Source of the DNA: Microthyrium microscopicum
Lineage: Eukaryota
NCBI GenBank assembly: GCA_010405405.1
Contig: MU004240.1
Location: 572,316-636,315, forward strand
Reading direction: 5' to 3'
Length of the DNA stretch: 64,000 nt
The notes below the pieces were generated by a model that had not been told where the DNA came from, did no database searches, and saw nothing but the letters and a program-made list of their open reading frames with translations. Made by a program: the position numbers and the translations under genes. Below are positions 1 to 12,078 of the stretch, piece by piece (within the stretch, counting starts at the first letter, position 1; each line of letters begins with the position of its first letter).

Positions 1-2271
1 CACGCTGCTGCTATGCCAGCGCTACAACTACCAACCATCGGCATTCCGCCGTCCACTCGTCTCATGCCTACAGCTACTACGGCAGCTGCACCGACCAGTC
101 CTACAACTAGCACGGCTACGAGTCCAATTGGCGCATATCCTGTACCCAACTCATCGAACGCCCGAAACCGTCCACCAAATCGGTCAAAAGCTTCTACGTA
201 TACGAGGAAAAGCGCTTGACTTGCCAACCAATGAAGCAGCGCCGCACTACCTAGCAATGGGATCGCCGTGCGCAGTGGCAACGCTAGGAGATAAGATGTT
301 CGCTGAGCGCCATGCGCGTCCGCAGAAACCCTCAATCCCTTCGGCGTGGTAGCGAACCGTGACCAGGAAGACGCAAGATGGAAATTCGTTAGCAGAGATG
401 TCGTGAACAGATGGACGATGCTGAGAATAAGTTGCGGTGTATTAGTTAGCAGGACGTTTAGCAGGAGTCCACGGGCGCCGGATTGGGGAAGGGCGGTGGG
501 GAGGATGGTGCGGTCGTCGATTGTTCCTAGGCCTAGAGCGAGGAGGGCGCGGGGCGTGGAGGAGTCGAGGGCGTGGAGGTCGCGGAGGGAGAGGATTAGG
601 AGGACTAGCAGGCTGATGAGTGTTGTGAGGACGAGGGTGGTGGTTGTGTAGAGGCGGCGTGGGCTGGCGGATTGGTAGCGGCGGAGGGGGGTGAGGGAGT
701 AGGTTTGGTGGAGACTGTGGAGAGTAGACCAGATGGGCTGGGCGGTTATGGTACTTGCTGGGAGGAGACACATGTTAATGGTATGGGGGTCGGGTGTGGT
801 CATGAAGCTGGCGATGGCATCGCCGAGGGTTAGGAGTGGAGGGGCTTTGACGAGAGCGACGGCGACGTAGGCCTGGAATCTGTTAGTATAGAATTAGATC
901 GAAGCTAACACTATGAAAAGATCAAATGGTCTTTTCGTAGTGAGATCGTCGAATACCGATCACTTTCGATGCGATCCATAGCACTCGGTTAGGAACGCAT
1001 TCTATGGTAGCCATCGAGTACGAAGAGAGGCATGACTGTTTTTATTCCGACGAATGTCGTTAACGAGTGGGGTTTGGGCCGGGGAATGTTACCATTATGA
1101 CAGTTTTCACCAGGTTTAGGACAATGACGGTAACGCAGATATGTAGACTCGTTTGCAAACGGCAGCGTTCGGGGACGATTTCAGATAAACAGTGCTTTAC
1201 GCGCGCACCAAAGGGGGTCCAATTGTTCTTGATTCTGTCAATGTTGCCAGAGCATTTAAGCGTGCCGACGGATGGGAGTTGTGCGCAGACCCAGTTGGCG
1301 AGCGGATGGTATTCGAGCGTGATTCCTAATGGACTGGAGATGTATGGCTTGTAGCGGTGAGTGGCATTGAGCAAGTGTTGTTCCTCTACGATTAAGAGGG
1401 CGCCTCGCTTGGTTGGATATGCGTTGCTATATGCGGTGATACAGTCCTGGGGGTTGAGATATTCTAGGACGTTGTAGGCTGCGAGGAATCGGAAGCGTTC
1501 AGCAAGGGTTTCGGCGTCGGATTGGAGACGAAGTTTTTCGGATCGTGTTCCGTTTTCGCGCAGGTCGTCGTCAATTGTGTTTAAATCGAATTGTATAGGC
1601 GTAGTGGAATTGAGAAATTGACCGTCGGAAGAGAGGATGTCGTAATCACGTAGAGCTAATGAAGTGAACACTGCCGAGTTGTAACTGAGAAATATTAGCC
1701 AGATTATCTGTAGTAGATATTTGTTGACTTTATACAAGAGATGAAGTGGAAGAGATGAAGCCCCTAGAAGTATCCATAGAAAAGCCCGCTTACGACATAT
1801 ATATCGCAAGTTCTTGAGGCTGATATTGCCAATTGAAAGCCACTGGTTCTTGGAATGAGCTATATCAACATCATGTCGAGTAGGTGCAGACAATATCTGC
1901 ATAACGTAGCTACTGGCTCCCAATAGTACTGTACTCAGCAGATTGATTAGGAGATGCAGACCGAGACTGATGTTTTTCGTTTTCTTGCAACTTCCCTCGA
2001 AAAGAATACGTTGGCCAGTTGTAGAGTCGTCAATTCTGCTGCCGTACCCAAATATTGCTACCAGTGTGAGCGCGATATTGATCAGCAATACTACTGAAGC
2101 AGACGCCGCAGCAGCCAGAACGCCAAATCTCCAACCGTTGATATTTTGCCTTCGCCAATTTTTAATCGAAGAATTCGATGTATTTCCATGCTCTTTAGGG
2201 ATAATCGACAACTGGGAGGATGCTCGTGAAAGCTGGTGCTTGCCATCTTTGAAAAACTCGTCCGGCGACAT
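1..2271 (-). CDS. DUF6536-type multi-pass membrane protein; 3' end runs off the window
   Basis: ORF 1060..2304 has the motifs 'LHLLINLLSTVLLGASSYVMQILSAPTRHDVDIAH' and 'SSLPLHLL/YNSAVF' (in-frame intron ~1684-1733). After intron 873-1092 the frame continues as 'PLLTLGDAIASF...NTPQLILS...GAQRTSYLLALP...LHWLASQALF...MPMVGSCSAGIAAA' to position 1. Start is uncertain; first in-frame ATG is 2271. Confidence 0.85.
950..1055. mobile_element. Truncated, degenerate copy of the ~213-bp MITE inside the 220-nt intron of the DUF6536 gene
   Basis: 980-1050 'agcactcggttaggaacgcattctatggtagccatcgagtacgaagagaggcatgactgtt' aligns with 7640-7710 'agcactcgataacaaagcgtggcagatgggagccatagaagtcgatgggggcacgccagtt'. 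Confidence 0.6.
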
Positions 2272-4817
2272 CACTGAAGGCTTGTAGACCAACAACTCCA
2301 ACAATGGACTCTTTTCTACTCTTCATGGGCGTCTTGACATTTTGAGAAGATGACGGGAATGTGGAAAAAACAAAATCTCACAATTGCAGCTTTTGCTAGT
2401 ACTTGAAATGGGTCAAGTCTGAGCCATGAAACCTGCACAGAGCCTCCTAGACAAGGAACCCAGTGACTGGGCAGGTACCAAGCTGCACTGAAAGATTCAA
2501 ATTGTCATGGATTATTCTTCGATTTTGCTAGAATATCGGTTCAGCTTCAGCGCAGTAAATCCTCCAGGATTTGAAGTTCATGCAAAGCAACAACTACTGG
2601 GCTAGTTGAACGTTTCAATGGTTCATGTTTCGACTCATCTTCCACTCACGACTTGAAACTGTTTAGCCAGCATGACGATCAATTTTGAACAGCCAGAATC
2701 ATTGCTCAACTAGAGAACGCAGTAAAAGCTATCTTCTTTGAGTGTACTAATTCGCACCAAATAGAATTGACATGTATCAACGGTATGCAATCGATGAGAA
2801 AGAGCAGTAGTATCCCGTTGGTTTAGACAATACAGGAAGTCCTCGATGTTTACAATTTGAAAGACCTATCGATGAAACCCTATTGAATCAGTTGAATTTC
2901 TTGGATAGGATATTATGATTATGCTATCGATAAGCCAGCCTCAGGACGCTGCAAACCATGTACACTCACTGTACCCGCCGTAGTAAACATGAGCGCCTGC
3001 AAAGAAGGTAGCAAAGCCAACGAGGAAAAACATTGTAGAAAGGTTGGACTTTTCCCGCTACTGAGATTTCCATTTCATAAAAGCATCATCGAATGCTTCG
3101 CAACATGTATCGTAAGACACAAGCAATCACAGTTGAGCCACTTTCACCACTCATTCCGGAGGACAAGTTTCCATGTGGCGAAAAATAATCTTCATACTTG
3201 GCTCTTTCAGTCTCTGACTTCCAAGTTGCTAAGCGTCTATAGAAATCTTAGCACTCTTGAAAGTTGATGAGTTTAGGCAGATCAACAACACTGCCACACC
3301 CCACACATGTATGATACCCCTGAATGCAATCATTAATAGAATAACAAACCCCAAAAGCCAAGATCGACTAGCTAATATAACCTCTTGGGTGCTCGTCTTA
3401 GCAACTGACAGGTCAGTCTTGATCGAGGTCTTAGGGACTCCCCGTAGCAGACTTTCTCATCTTTTGGTTGGACTGGCAATAAAGTGGTCCGCTGTGAATT
3501 CGCACTCGCTTCCAGAGCTGTGTATTCGATCGCAAGTTACGTTACTTGGCTATGTGGTATAACATTGGCAGTTAAAGAAGCCTTTCCAACTCGGAAAATT
3601 CTTTGTTATCCTTGTTCAGCGGTGGTTGCCAAGAGCATTGAATATAGGGTCAGTTGTTGAAAAGAAACTCTTTCTGGTTGGGCTCGCGTGGTGGGAATTG
3701 AGTAAAAGCCGAGAATCTCATAAGACAAAGTAATCTAGTGTTTATGATCTTCTGCTGACCGCGTAGTTTCCCCACAGAATACACTATTATTAAAATTCAG
3801 TGATTCATGACCCTCACGCCACCGTATGCCGCATGTTCCCGCCCCTAAAAGACATGTGCTGATAATAAATCTTAAGTTTTAGCGTAGCTGAGACATGAGC
3901 AAGGCGCCCTAGTTAGAAATAGTCTTATAGAATGGTATAACAGACGTTGATATAGAGTCGAGTTCCTGAGATGACTAGGGTACCCAAGTACTTCCACGGC
4001 AAGGGTAAGTCCAGTCTATATAGGAGGCAAATGTGAACCCTTTCATATTTCGAGATTCAAATAGCCAAGAGTAGGATTGATGGGCATACAAGTGTATACT
4101 CGTAATAAGACATGTTCATAAACATCGACTGAAAGTCAATGATGAGAAAGTGTCAAGATATCGTGCCAGTATGCAGTGCATATTGATAAAGTCGAATCTG
4201 GACCATTTCGCCGCATGTTTGGGTCATTCTAGAAATCGAAGCGAAAACGTGACAGTTCACCTTATCTGGCCATTTAATATATTCCACCCAAACCGCTGTG
4301 GCGATTACTTCGAGCTCATCTAATTGGGCATTGCGGCATGTTGTCGGAGATTGAAGCTTCTGGCCTGTCGGGAGATCCGGGGCTTGAGCAAAGACAGCTG
4401 CTTGAGATGTAGATTTCTGACAGCTACATATGAATTCAAGGATTGTACCGATTAGATTTTAGTCGGGGGTTCGAAATATTGGCATGGAGCAACCTGAAAT
4501 ATGAAACACCATACCATCTGCTCCAGGCGCATCTGGGTGTATAGGGCACAGGCCCTTGGGTCTCTAGATTAAAGTAAAGAACTAACAGAGCTTTCGCCAT
4601 TTTCACACTGAATTCCGGAGAATGGGCCGGTACTAGTGAGCAGGTTCAATTAAAAATTCCCCAGAAGTATTTAACTGGAGAATGGACCCCTTGTTGTGGG
4701 CCAAGCGTGAGAATAATACATAAGACCACGAGGGCCTTGAGTTTGCTAGACGATTTTGACTACCTGTCTACTTTGGTCCATTGTATAATCTTCAAGCCCA
4801 CGGGCCAAACGTCCACG

Positions 4818-6568
4818 ATGAAATCCTTCCTTTTGGCTTTGGCTGTTGGCCAGACCCTCGCCGCCGCAGTACCACCGCAGCTTAATCAAGGAACGAAAAT
4901 TGTCAAGAGACAGTCGGCGGATCTAGTATCAGCCCTATCAGCGCTCATGGGACCAAGTGGTGGACTTCTTGGTTCGACAATAAAGGGAACACTGGGAGAA
5001 TTCAAAGGAAGCGAGCAAGCCAGTAAGATTAGATTGTGGTAACAGGAATTCGACTTGAGAACTAACACTCTCTCAGCGGAAGCATACATGGAACTTGCGA
5101 AATCGATGGGCGCCACTGAAGATAAGGCTGGTTATATGGGAGTTGTCAGCAATCTCTGGACGAATCGTATGTCGCAACTGTGCAATAAACTTGTGATTAA
5201 AACTAATGTGAAACTAAAGAGGGATACGGAAAGGTACAGCCAAGTGCAGGATCAGCACCACGACGAGAAGACAAGCCCGCAAGAACAAAGGTTGCTGGTT
5301 CTCAATCGGTCAAGATGCGATACGGTCCTTACAAAGTTCAAAACTCTACGTACAAGAGTGCAATGGACGAATACGGAATGCTTGCCAACTATGTGGAAAG
5401 AAACATCGAGAAGTGAGTCCATTATCAGGCCCTAAGCAAAAGGGGTTTAAGTTAACAAAAATAGGCCCTGTGTAAGATGCACACTCCTCGGAATGACTGC
5501 AGGTCTCGAATACGAAAATGGTAAAAACGCCAACATCGACACCGGTCTGTGGCTGCACCAGTATGTTTCTCTCTAATATCATTTTGACCTCGATGCTAAT
5601 GAAAATACAGCATGGTCATGTTCAACGTTGGAGACGACCGCCAGGATGCTACTTGTCACCAGAGAGAGATCTCGGTGCCTCACGTTTTCATCGGAGAGAC
5701 CCCACGAAACTCCGAACGCTTCTTCCTCTCCGGTAATGAGAGAACTCCCGTCATGTTCACGGAGTGGGGAGTAGGAGATGCCGGATACAATATCAAAACC
5801 TCAGACAAGCTAGCAGTCATTATCGATATCATGAACGATACTCCTCGAGATGTCGTAACGTGGCTCACCATTCAATGGGATTTCATTGACGGCCATCCAT
5901 ATGACTACGAAATCAAGCCAATTTGGCTTGATGCCCGACAATGTGGTACATCTGAAGTTAACCCACCCGCTGGACAAAGTAAGTGAATCAACCTTTCAAC
6001 ACATACCAAATTCTAATTCCTATCCTAGAAAAGTTCACAATTGATTATAAGTGGAAATCTGATGTTGCCGGACAAATTGTTGGGACTATTGAGCATCTAC
6101 ACGACGGTAAGATTTCTATCTTCCAGTTCAGAAGGTTATTGTTGCTAATAATCCGCAGGTGGTACAAACATGACAGTCTCTATCGACGGAAGACTGGCTT
6201 GCGACAGTGAATCCCTTTATGGAACCAAACCCGAATACATCAGTGCACCAATGGCACCAATGGCACCAGCTCCAGCTCCAGCAACAAGCGGTACTGCTGC
6301 TGCAGGAGGACACGCAGGTCACGGCAGCGCCACACCACCTGGGGCTGCTGGAGGAGGACATGGACATAGTATGGGTGCAGGAAAGCACATCAGTGTACAA
6401 AAAGCCTGCTATGGACCTTCGCTTTTAGAAAAAACGTTGAAGATTGGACAGACAGTAGCCATGTCAGGATACTACGATTACAACAAATACCCCGGCCAGG
6501 TCCATGAGGATGGCAAGCCAGATGAAGTTATGGGACTAGGCATTGTATATTACCGGGTCAGACGCTAA
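4818..6568 (+). CDS. Uncharacterised secreted protein (multi-exon) with HH / HxH / Met motifs suggestive of a PHM-like copper monooxygenase fold
   Basis: Signal peptide MKSFLLALAVGQTLAAA and a KR site. Spliced exons give 'SVKMRYGPYKV', 'GLEYENGKNANIDTGLWLH/HMVMFN', 'ERFFLSGNERT', 'EHLHD/GGT' and 'DEVMGLGIVYY'. Stop TAA at 6566-6568. Confidence 0.8.
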
Positions 6569-7504
6569 TTTGCATTTTTATTTTCATTAGCATTGTACAA
6601 AATTACTTCTTGTTAGACATAGAAAGAATATTCAAAAAATAATTCTCAATATCAATTCAGTCATAATATCACAAGAACGAGTCAAACATTCGTTTGGGGC
6701 CAAAGCAAATATCATCTAGCAGACTTAACACCTTAATGTGGCCGAAAAGGGCAAGATGGCAGAACATTAGACTTTTTAGATGACCTGAGACTTGCTCTGG
6801 AAAGTCGTTCAATTTGCTGTTTCAGGACATTAGCCATGTGATTCCAGGGGTGTATACATGTCGGGGGCTAGACTCGCCTGGAAAGTCATATATATCAAGC
6901 TATTCTTAAGGCGCTAAGGTTGGAGAGATTACTTTGGTACCTACATTATGCTGATAGCCGCATCGTCCTTTGTCTTGCCTCATGAAAGTCATCCCATGTA
7001 CTTCCTTTCTCAGGTGAAAACCTGCCTTTCTTCAAAGTTATGTCTCTAATGGTACAAAACGAACGAAGAAGTCTAGCTGGAACTATCACAGTCTTACCTG
7101 CTGATGTCTTTTTACTGGTTGTAGTTTACGCTTGAAAGGTTATGATTAGTCGTTCGTGGTTAAAGATAGTGCGCATTATAGATTGGCGGCGTAAAGGACT
7201 TCAAGTAGTACATTCGGTTATGAGGCCGCGTGAACCCTTGATGAAATTGGGGATGTTTAGTGGGGACTCTGAGAGGATTGAATGTCAAATGTTACGGGGG
7301 CGAGGCTCTCTGTTCCCAAACCCTGGGCAGCGGACGAGTTTATGAACGAGTAAACGAGGGCCAATGAGAATTCTATCGGATATTACTGACCGAGCACGAG
7401 CCTCATACGAGAGATAGGATATGGATCTAGGTCTCCTGCAGCATCAGAAATGTTCCTAAAAGGTGACTTTGCCACTTTCTCAAGAACTTCTCTTCATAAC
7501 ATTC

Positions 7505-7717
7505 CAACCGGTGGACAAAATAACTGGCGTGCCCCAATCAACTCCAATGATTCCCACCAACGCTTCCAAACAGCGAATACTATAATTTCCATCACAATCG
7601 ATCGATAGTGGTAGACTAAACGTAGTCCTTGGGAAACAAAGCACTCGATAACAAAGCGTGGCAGATGGGAGCCATAGAAGTCGATGGGGGCACGCCAGTT
7701 ATTTTGTCCTTCGGTTG
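7505..7717. mobile_element. MITE (213 bp) with ~60-bp imperfect terminal inverted repeats and 6-bp flanking direct repeat
   Basis: Left end caaccggtggacaaaataactggcgtgcccc; right end ggggcacgccagttattttgtccttcggttg. ACATTC lies at 7499-7504 and 7718-7723. Confidence 0.85.
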
Positions 7718-9463
7718 ACATTCAATGAAATGAGAACTGAAAACACTTGGTTTCTGGGTAACCTGATGGATCACTCTCGGGTCCATACATTTTGAGGTAT
7801 AGATACGTATCTGTCAGCTTAGCCTTGTATCAGGACCATGTCTTCAGGATAAATTTCGGAAATGCAGACTGCTGTGATCCGTGATTGCTTTAACTGGCTC
7901 AGTCTTGCTCTGAATTAGATTAGGAAGAGGCAGTATAAGTTAACTTCACGCTGCTGATGGGCCTAAGAGCCAGAAACCACTCTGGAAAGACATCTTTGTT
8001 GGTACTTGATGTGTTGTCAGTTAAGATGTCGTTGGAAAAAGCGGTGATGGAAGTGGTGTTGACAATGTGGCGTTCCCAGAACGGAAGTTGCGACCCATTT
8101 TAATTGTTGATGTTGCGTGAGAAACGCGTCGCTCGCCAACCTAACATGCCTCCCTACGGACTCGCCAGCAAGAGAGCGCGTTCATTTCTCACTGAGATAG
8201 TATCTGCTCCCCAACTTCTACGCGGACGGGATGTCAACGGAATTTGAATGCGATGAAAACGCCCAGTGGACATTTGACTAACGACTGGTCGCCGCTTCTC
8301 CGCTACTTGTAGCATTCTGGGTTTAGGTCAAGCAATCAAAAGTTTGCTGCTGATGTACCAGATTTTCCGTGCATGAACTGCTTCAAAAGCCGACAAGCCA
8401 TATGTTAAGAGAAGAACGCTCGCTGCCTGTGAGATTCGATGTCAATGTATCTTCCGTGGATAATTTACGATTTCCCCGGATTTTGAACCCTTGTCGCCAC
8501 CCATTTGTATTGGCCCGAAGGTCGCATGGCGCCATCAGGCTTTTTACGTTATGGATCGCGCTGCCAGGATTCAATTCGATTTCTGAGACTATTTATTCGA
8601 TCTTGCTCTCTGAAATCCGGACCCTTAGCGTGATCTGGTAGGTTTTCTGAGTCAACGTTCAGAATGCACACAAATCACTGAGTATTGTTGAACGTGTGCT
8701 GCACTTGGATTCTCCAGGACCGACCGTTAAATCAATATGCTGGGTTTCGACAATCAACGAAGATTGCAAACCTGATTTCCGAACTCCCTGGGTGGATGCC
8801 CATTCCTCTGCATGTTCTACTTAGACTTGAAGTCGAGTCTCATCAGCCTGTTTAGGCCTGTGCCAGGATCATTTTCGCTGGATCACGAAGGCGTCCTTGA
8901 ATGGCCATAGATCCTAACTTCACTCGATGAAGTGTAGTAGCGGTCAAGTTAGACTTGCAAATCAGGAGATATTCTCCCCCGACTGAAGGGTGCAAATTGT
9001 TCTACCTCGAGAATGAAATTAATTCCCTGTCTTACTCTGACTTCGAAGTTTATATCATCACAAAGATGGTACTTTGCGTGAAAGTTTCATAAGACTGAAG
9101 TTCTCGAAGCAAGACTGAAACTTCATGCGACTTCAGTGACACTTTTCAGTGGTACTTGAGAAATCTCCGCTCTCAAGACGGAGCTGCTTCAAGGTTTTGT
9201 ACAATGGCGGTGGCTTCACAAGGGATATCAGGGAAGTTATCATGCATGATTCAAATGTATTTGGTTGGGTATATGACCAGGTTAAACAAAGACTTCCCAG
9301 CCAAGAGTAGCAGTCACAACATGACATGATCCTCAACGAGACCACCTGCTACTCAACCAATTATACCCAACAGAGATACCGCTGAAATGGAGAGCACATC
9401 CTCATCCAGTCAGCATCTCAGATCTACCCCCATCGTAGATTTGCCAATTCACCTGAGCACAGC

Positions 9464-9973
9464 TCAGATGAAGTCCCAGGTAAGCGAGGCTCGGCCAACG
9501 CCTAGGGGGACGCCTAGTGCACCCCAGACACCAGTAGTAGCGTCGAGGTCTCCAGGGTTGCAGCTAACGCCTACCATGAACTGTTAGCTATTTGAATTGT
9601 CTCCGAAATACCTATACTTACATCTATCCACAACAGTGGCGACGTAGTTCTGTCCTTGTCCATTCGCGGTGGTGATGTGAACCTTACGACCACAGTAAGG
9701 ATTGTTGTTTGGATTGCCACCAGGAGTGGCAGGGTCGAAGATTGCGTGAGAGATTGCGACAACGGCATCACCGTCGCCGTTGTTGTAGCCGCAGGCTCCA
9801 AGACCTGGGGCGTAGTAGGTGAGTTGGCCTGCCTCCTGGGCAGACTCGGTATTTCGCTTGAGCATGGCGCTAGAAATTGTTAATGCTTTCATTAGTCGTT
9901 GTAAAAGGGAAACTAACCGGCCGTTGACGGCGCTTACGACTAGAGCGACAAGGAAGGCTTTGAATGCAACCAT
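9464..9973 (-). CDS. Secreted RlpA-like double-psi beta-barrel (expansin-like / Asp f 7-like) protein
   Basis: Signal peptide MVAFKAFLVALVVSAVNG, then 'GQLTYYAPGLGACG...VVAIS...NPNNNPYCGRKVHI...ATVVDRC/VSCNPGDLDAT...GVGRASLTWDFI*'. Two introns. Confidence 0.9.
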
Positions 9974-10328
9974 GATGATCAAGTTGTTGGATGAGGTTGA
10001 GTTGATTGTATAAGAGAGGATTGCGTGAGGAGCTTTGGTTGATATAGTTTTGGCGGTGTTGTGCAAGTAGATGTTGTGTTTGAAAGATGGAGAAAGTTTG
10101 GAAAAGCTGTCAGAGCAATGGTTTAAATAGTGTTAAAATTGTCGAAATCGACGTGAAATTCACTTTGTGGTCCAGGACCAGTGACTGACGCAAACCGTGA
10201 CAGTTACCTCACGCTATTATTTGCTAAGGTGAAGGTGATCATGCTTCCGACCTCAAAATTGACGCCGCTGTGTTGGAATGGCGCAATCGATCAGAATGAG
10301 GAAATTCTCAGAATAACACGTGCGTTGA

Positions 10329-10372
10329 CTTGAGCACGAAGGGAATAGCTTGAGCACGAAGGGAATAGCTTG
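10329..10372. repeat. 20-bp tandem duplication
   Basis: cttgagcacgaagggaatag occurs twice, followed by cttg. Confidence 0.9.
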
Positions 10373-11426
10373 CCGATATGTGACATTATTAGGAGCCGAT
10401 ATGGAAGTAGCGGATGTTATTAGTATTTCAAGATTGGTCAATCTGGTCATTCACAACTTTGTCAAAGTACTCAAGACTTTTCACCTGTTTATAAGGTGAT
10501 GAACTAGTTTGATTTAGCTTTAAACGAAGAAGGTGTTGGTCGAGTGTTGGCTGACACAACTCAAAGTGGCTGGTTGCCGTCACTGATCTGCCATCAACCA
10601 ACGAGGGAGATCTTCTTGTTTTAACTTAGCGACTGATGAATTGAGCGAACAGACAAATGCCCCACAGTTTCCTACCAGTCTCTCTGTGGAGTATAGATCC
10701 ACTAGACGATGCCTCTCTCAAGCCACCTCAGGGCGATGAACGAGCTTGCCTTTACCAAGATATCGAGGTAAATACAATAAGATATATAAGTTTCATTGAG
10801 AAGGGTTAAGAAAATGCGGTTCACTTGGACGCTTTCCAAAGAGCGGGCGAAAAAGTCAGAAGTACAATGTAGTCGGCCGCAACTCCTATGAAGATACTCC
10901 GTAGTGGAAGATAGTCGAACAGCTTATGTTTCACTCAATTTTCGTGGGATTCGAGACCTAAAAATGTCGCTTTATGACTGAAGCAATGAAAAAGGAGCAT
11001 TCAAGAAGGCATTTTCGTAGGATATGTCTTTGTCTTATTGGCTAATGTTTGATCTACCAATAAACAGGCCCTTTTCTAAAACATTTTTTCTGTTGCCCCG
11101 GAGTTTGTATGTGGTCCAATTTGATTCCAATGACCTCAAAAGAAGCACTGTTGATGTACGCCTTGTACGTCCACTTTTTTTTGATGCAGCACAAATACTG
11201 TGGCCCGCCATTTCTTTTACAGAAGGCGCCGCACTTCTCCCCGTCGTAGCATGGCGGTTTGTTTGGTCCGCATTTGTCTATAGAAACAACTTAGGTTAGC
11301 AATTCGTACGGAAGCTGAGAAGATCAACTGATAATAACATACCGCCAACATTATGTGAATTGATTCTATCGTCCTGAAGTTGTCCTACAATGTTTTGTGT
11401 TGTTACTAACAGGGGTAAATGATACC

Positions 11427-11639
11427 CAACGGGTCGGCAAAATAAATGGCGCGCTCCCATCAACCTTGTTGGCTCCCAGATGCTATGCTCTTTTATCGAG
11501 TGCACTATTTAACATAGAGGTTGTTCAGAATCGAATAATTTATCGAATACAATGGAAAATATAGCACCTTTTGCTTAAGAGCGTTGGTGGCAGCCATCAG
11601 AGTTCATGGGAGAAGGTCATTTATTTTGCAATGCCGTTG
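11427..11639. mobile_element. MITE, second copy of the ~213-bp family
   Basis: Left end caacgggtcggcaaaataaatggcgcgctcccat; right end atgggagaaggtcatttattttgcaatgccgttg. Internal 'ttatcgagtgc' is shared with the other full copies. ATACC flanks both sides (11422-11426, 11640-11644). Confidence 0.8.
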
Positions 11640-12078
11640 ATACCTTATAAGAACTTGACTAGGTACTTAGCTCAAGATATGTGATCGCAGCAGGGAAATT
11701 GTTCTAATCTGACCAATAGTTGTGGAAGATTTTGGTCGGCGGGATCCTATAAGATCCCGTAGAATCCCGCAGGATGCAGAGGCTCAAGGTAGAGCAAGGT
11801 AGGGACTGCACTGCCACGACTTGACTGCCTTGGGCACAAAGATCGATGTTTCAGTACTACAAACGGACACTGTTGAGGATTCTAGGGTATAATCGAACGG
11901 TATAAATCCTCACTGTTCCTTCGATCCGGATCTTTGCTATTTCCTGTGGCATTTCTCTACGGTTCTCAGGCGATAGAAGTCTCTTCCCAAATCCTGTATA
12001 TTACTACGGAAACATCATCTTCCAGCCATTAGATGCCCAACTGCACGCGATCATCATTGCTTCAAAAATTGAAGAATC

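Noticed and set aside
346..771. Arg-rich (+) and Pro/His-rich (-) ORFs in the track
   Set aside because: Shadow frames of the C-rich DUF6536 exon that is read in another minus-strand frame.
2400..4700. Short ORFs at 2989 and 3257 and a minus-strand hydrophobic stretch
   Set aside because: No recognisable motifs or consistent splice structure; interrupted by stops.
7494..7721. Similar short ORFs at 7494, 11296 and 15625 as a small-peptide family
   Set aside because: The similarity comes from the inverted-repeat MITE; frames and strands are not conserved between copies.
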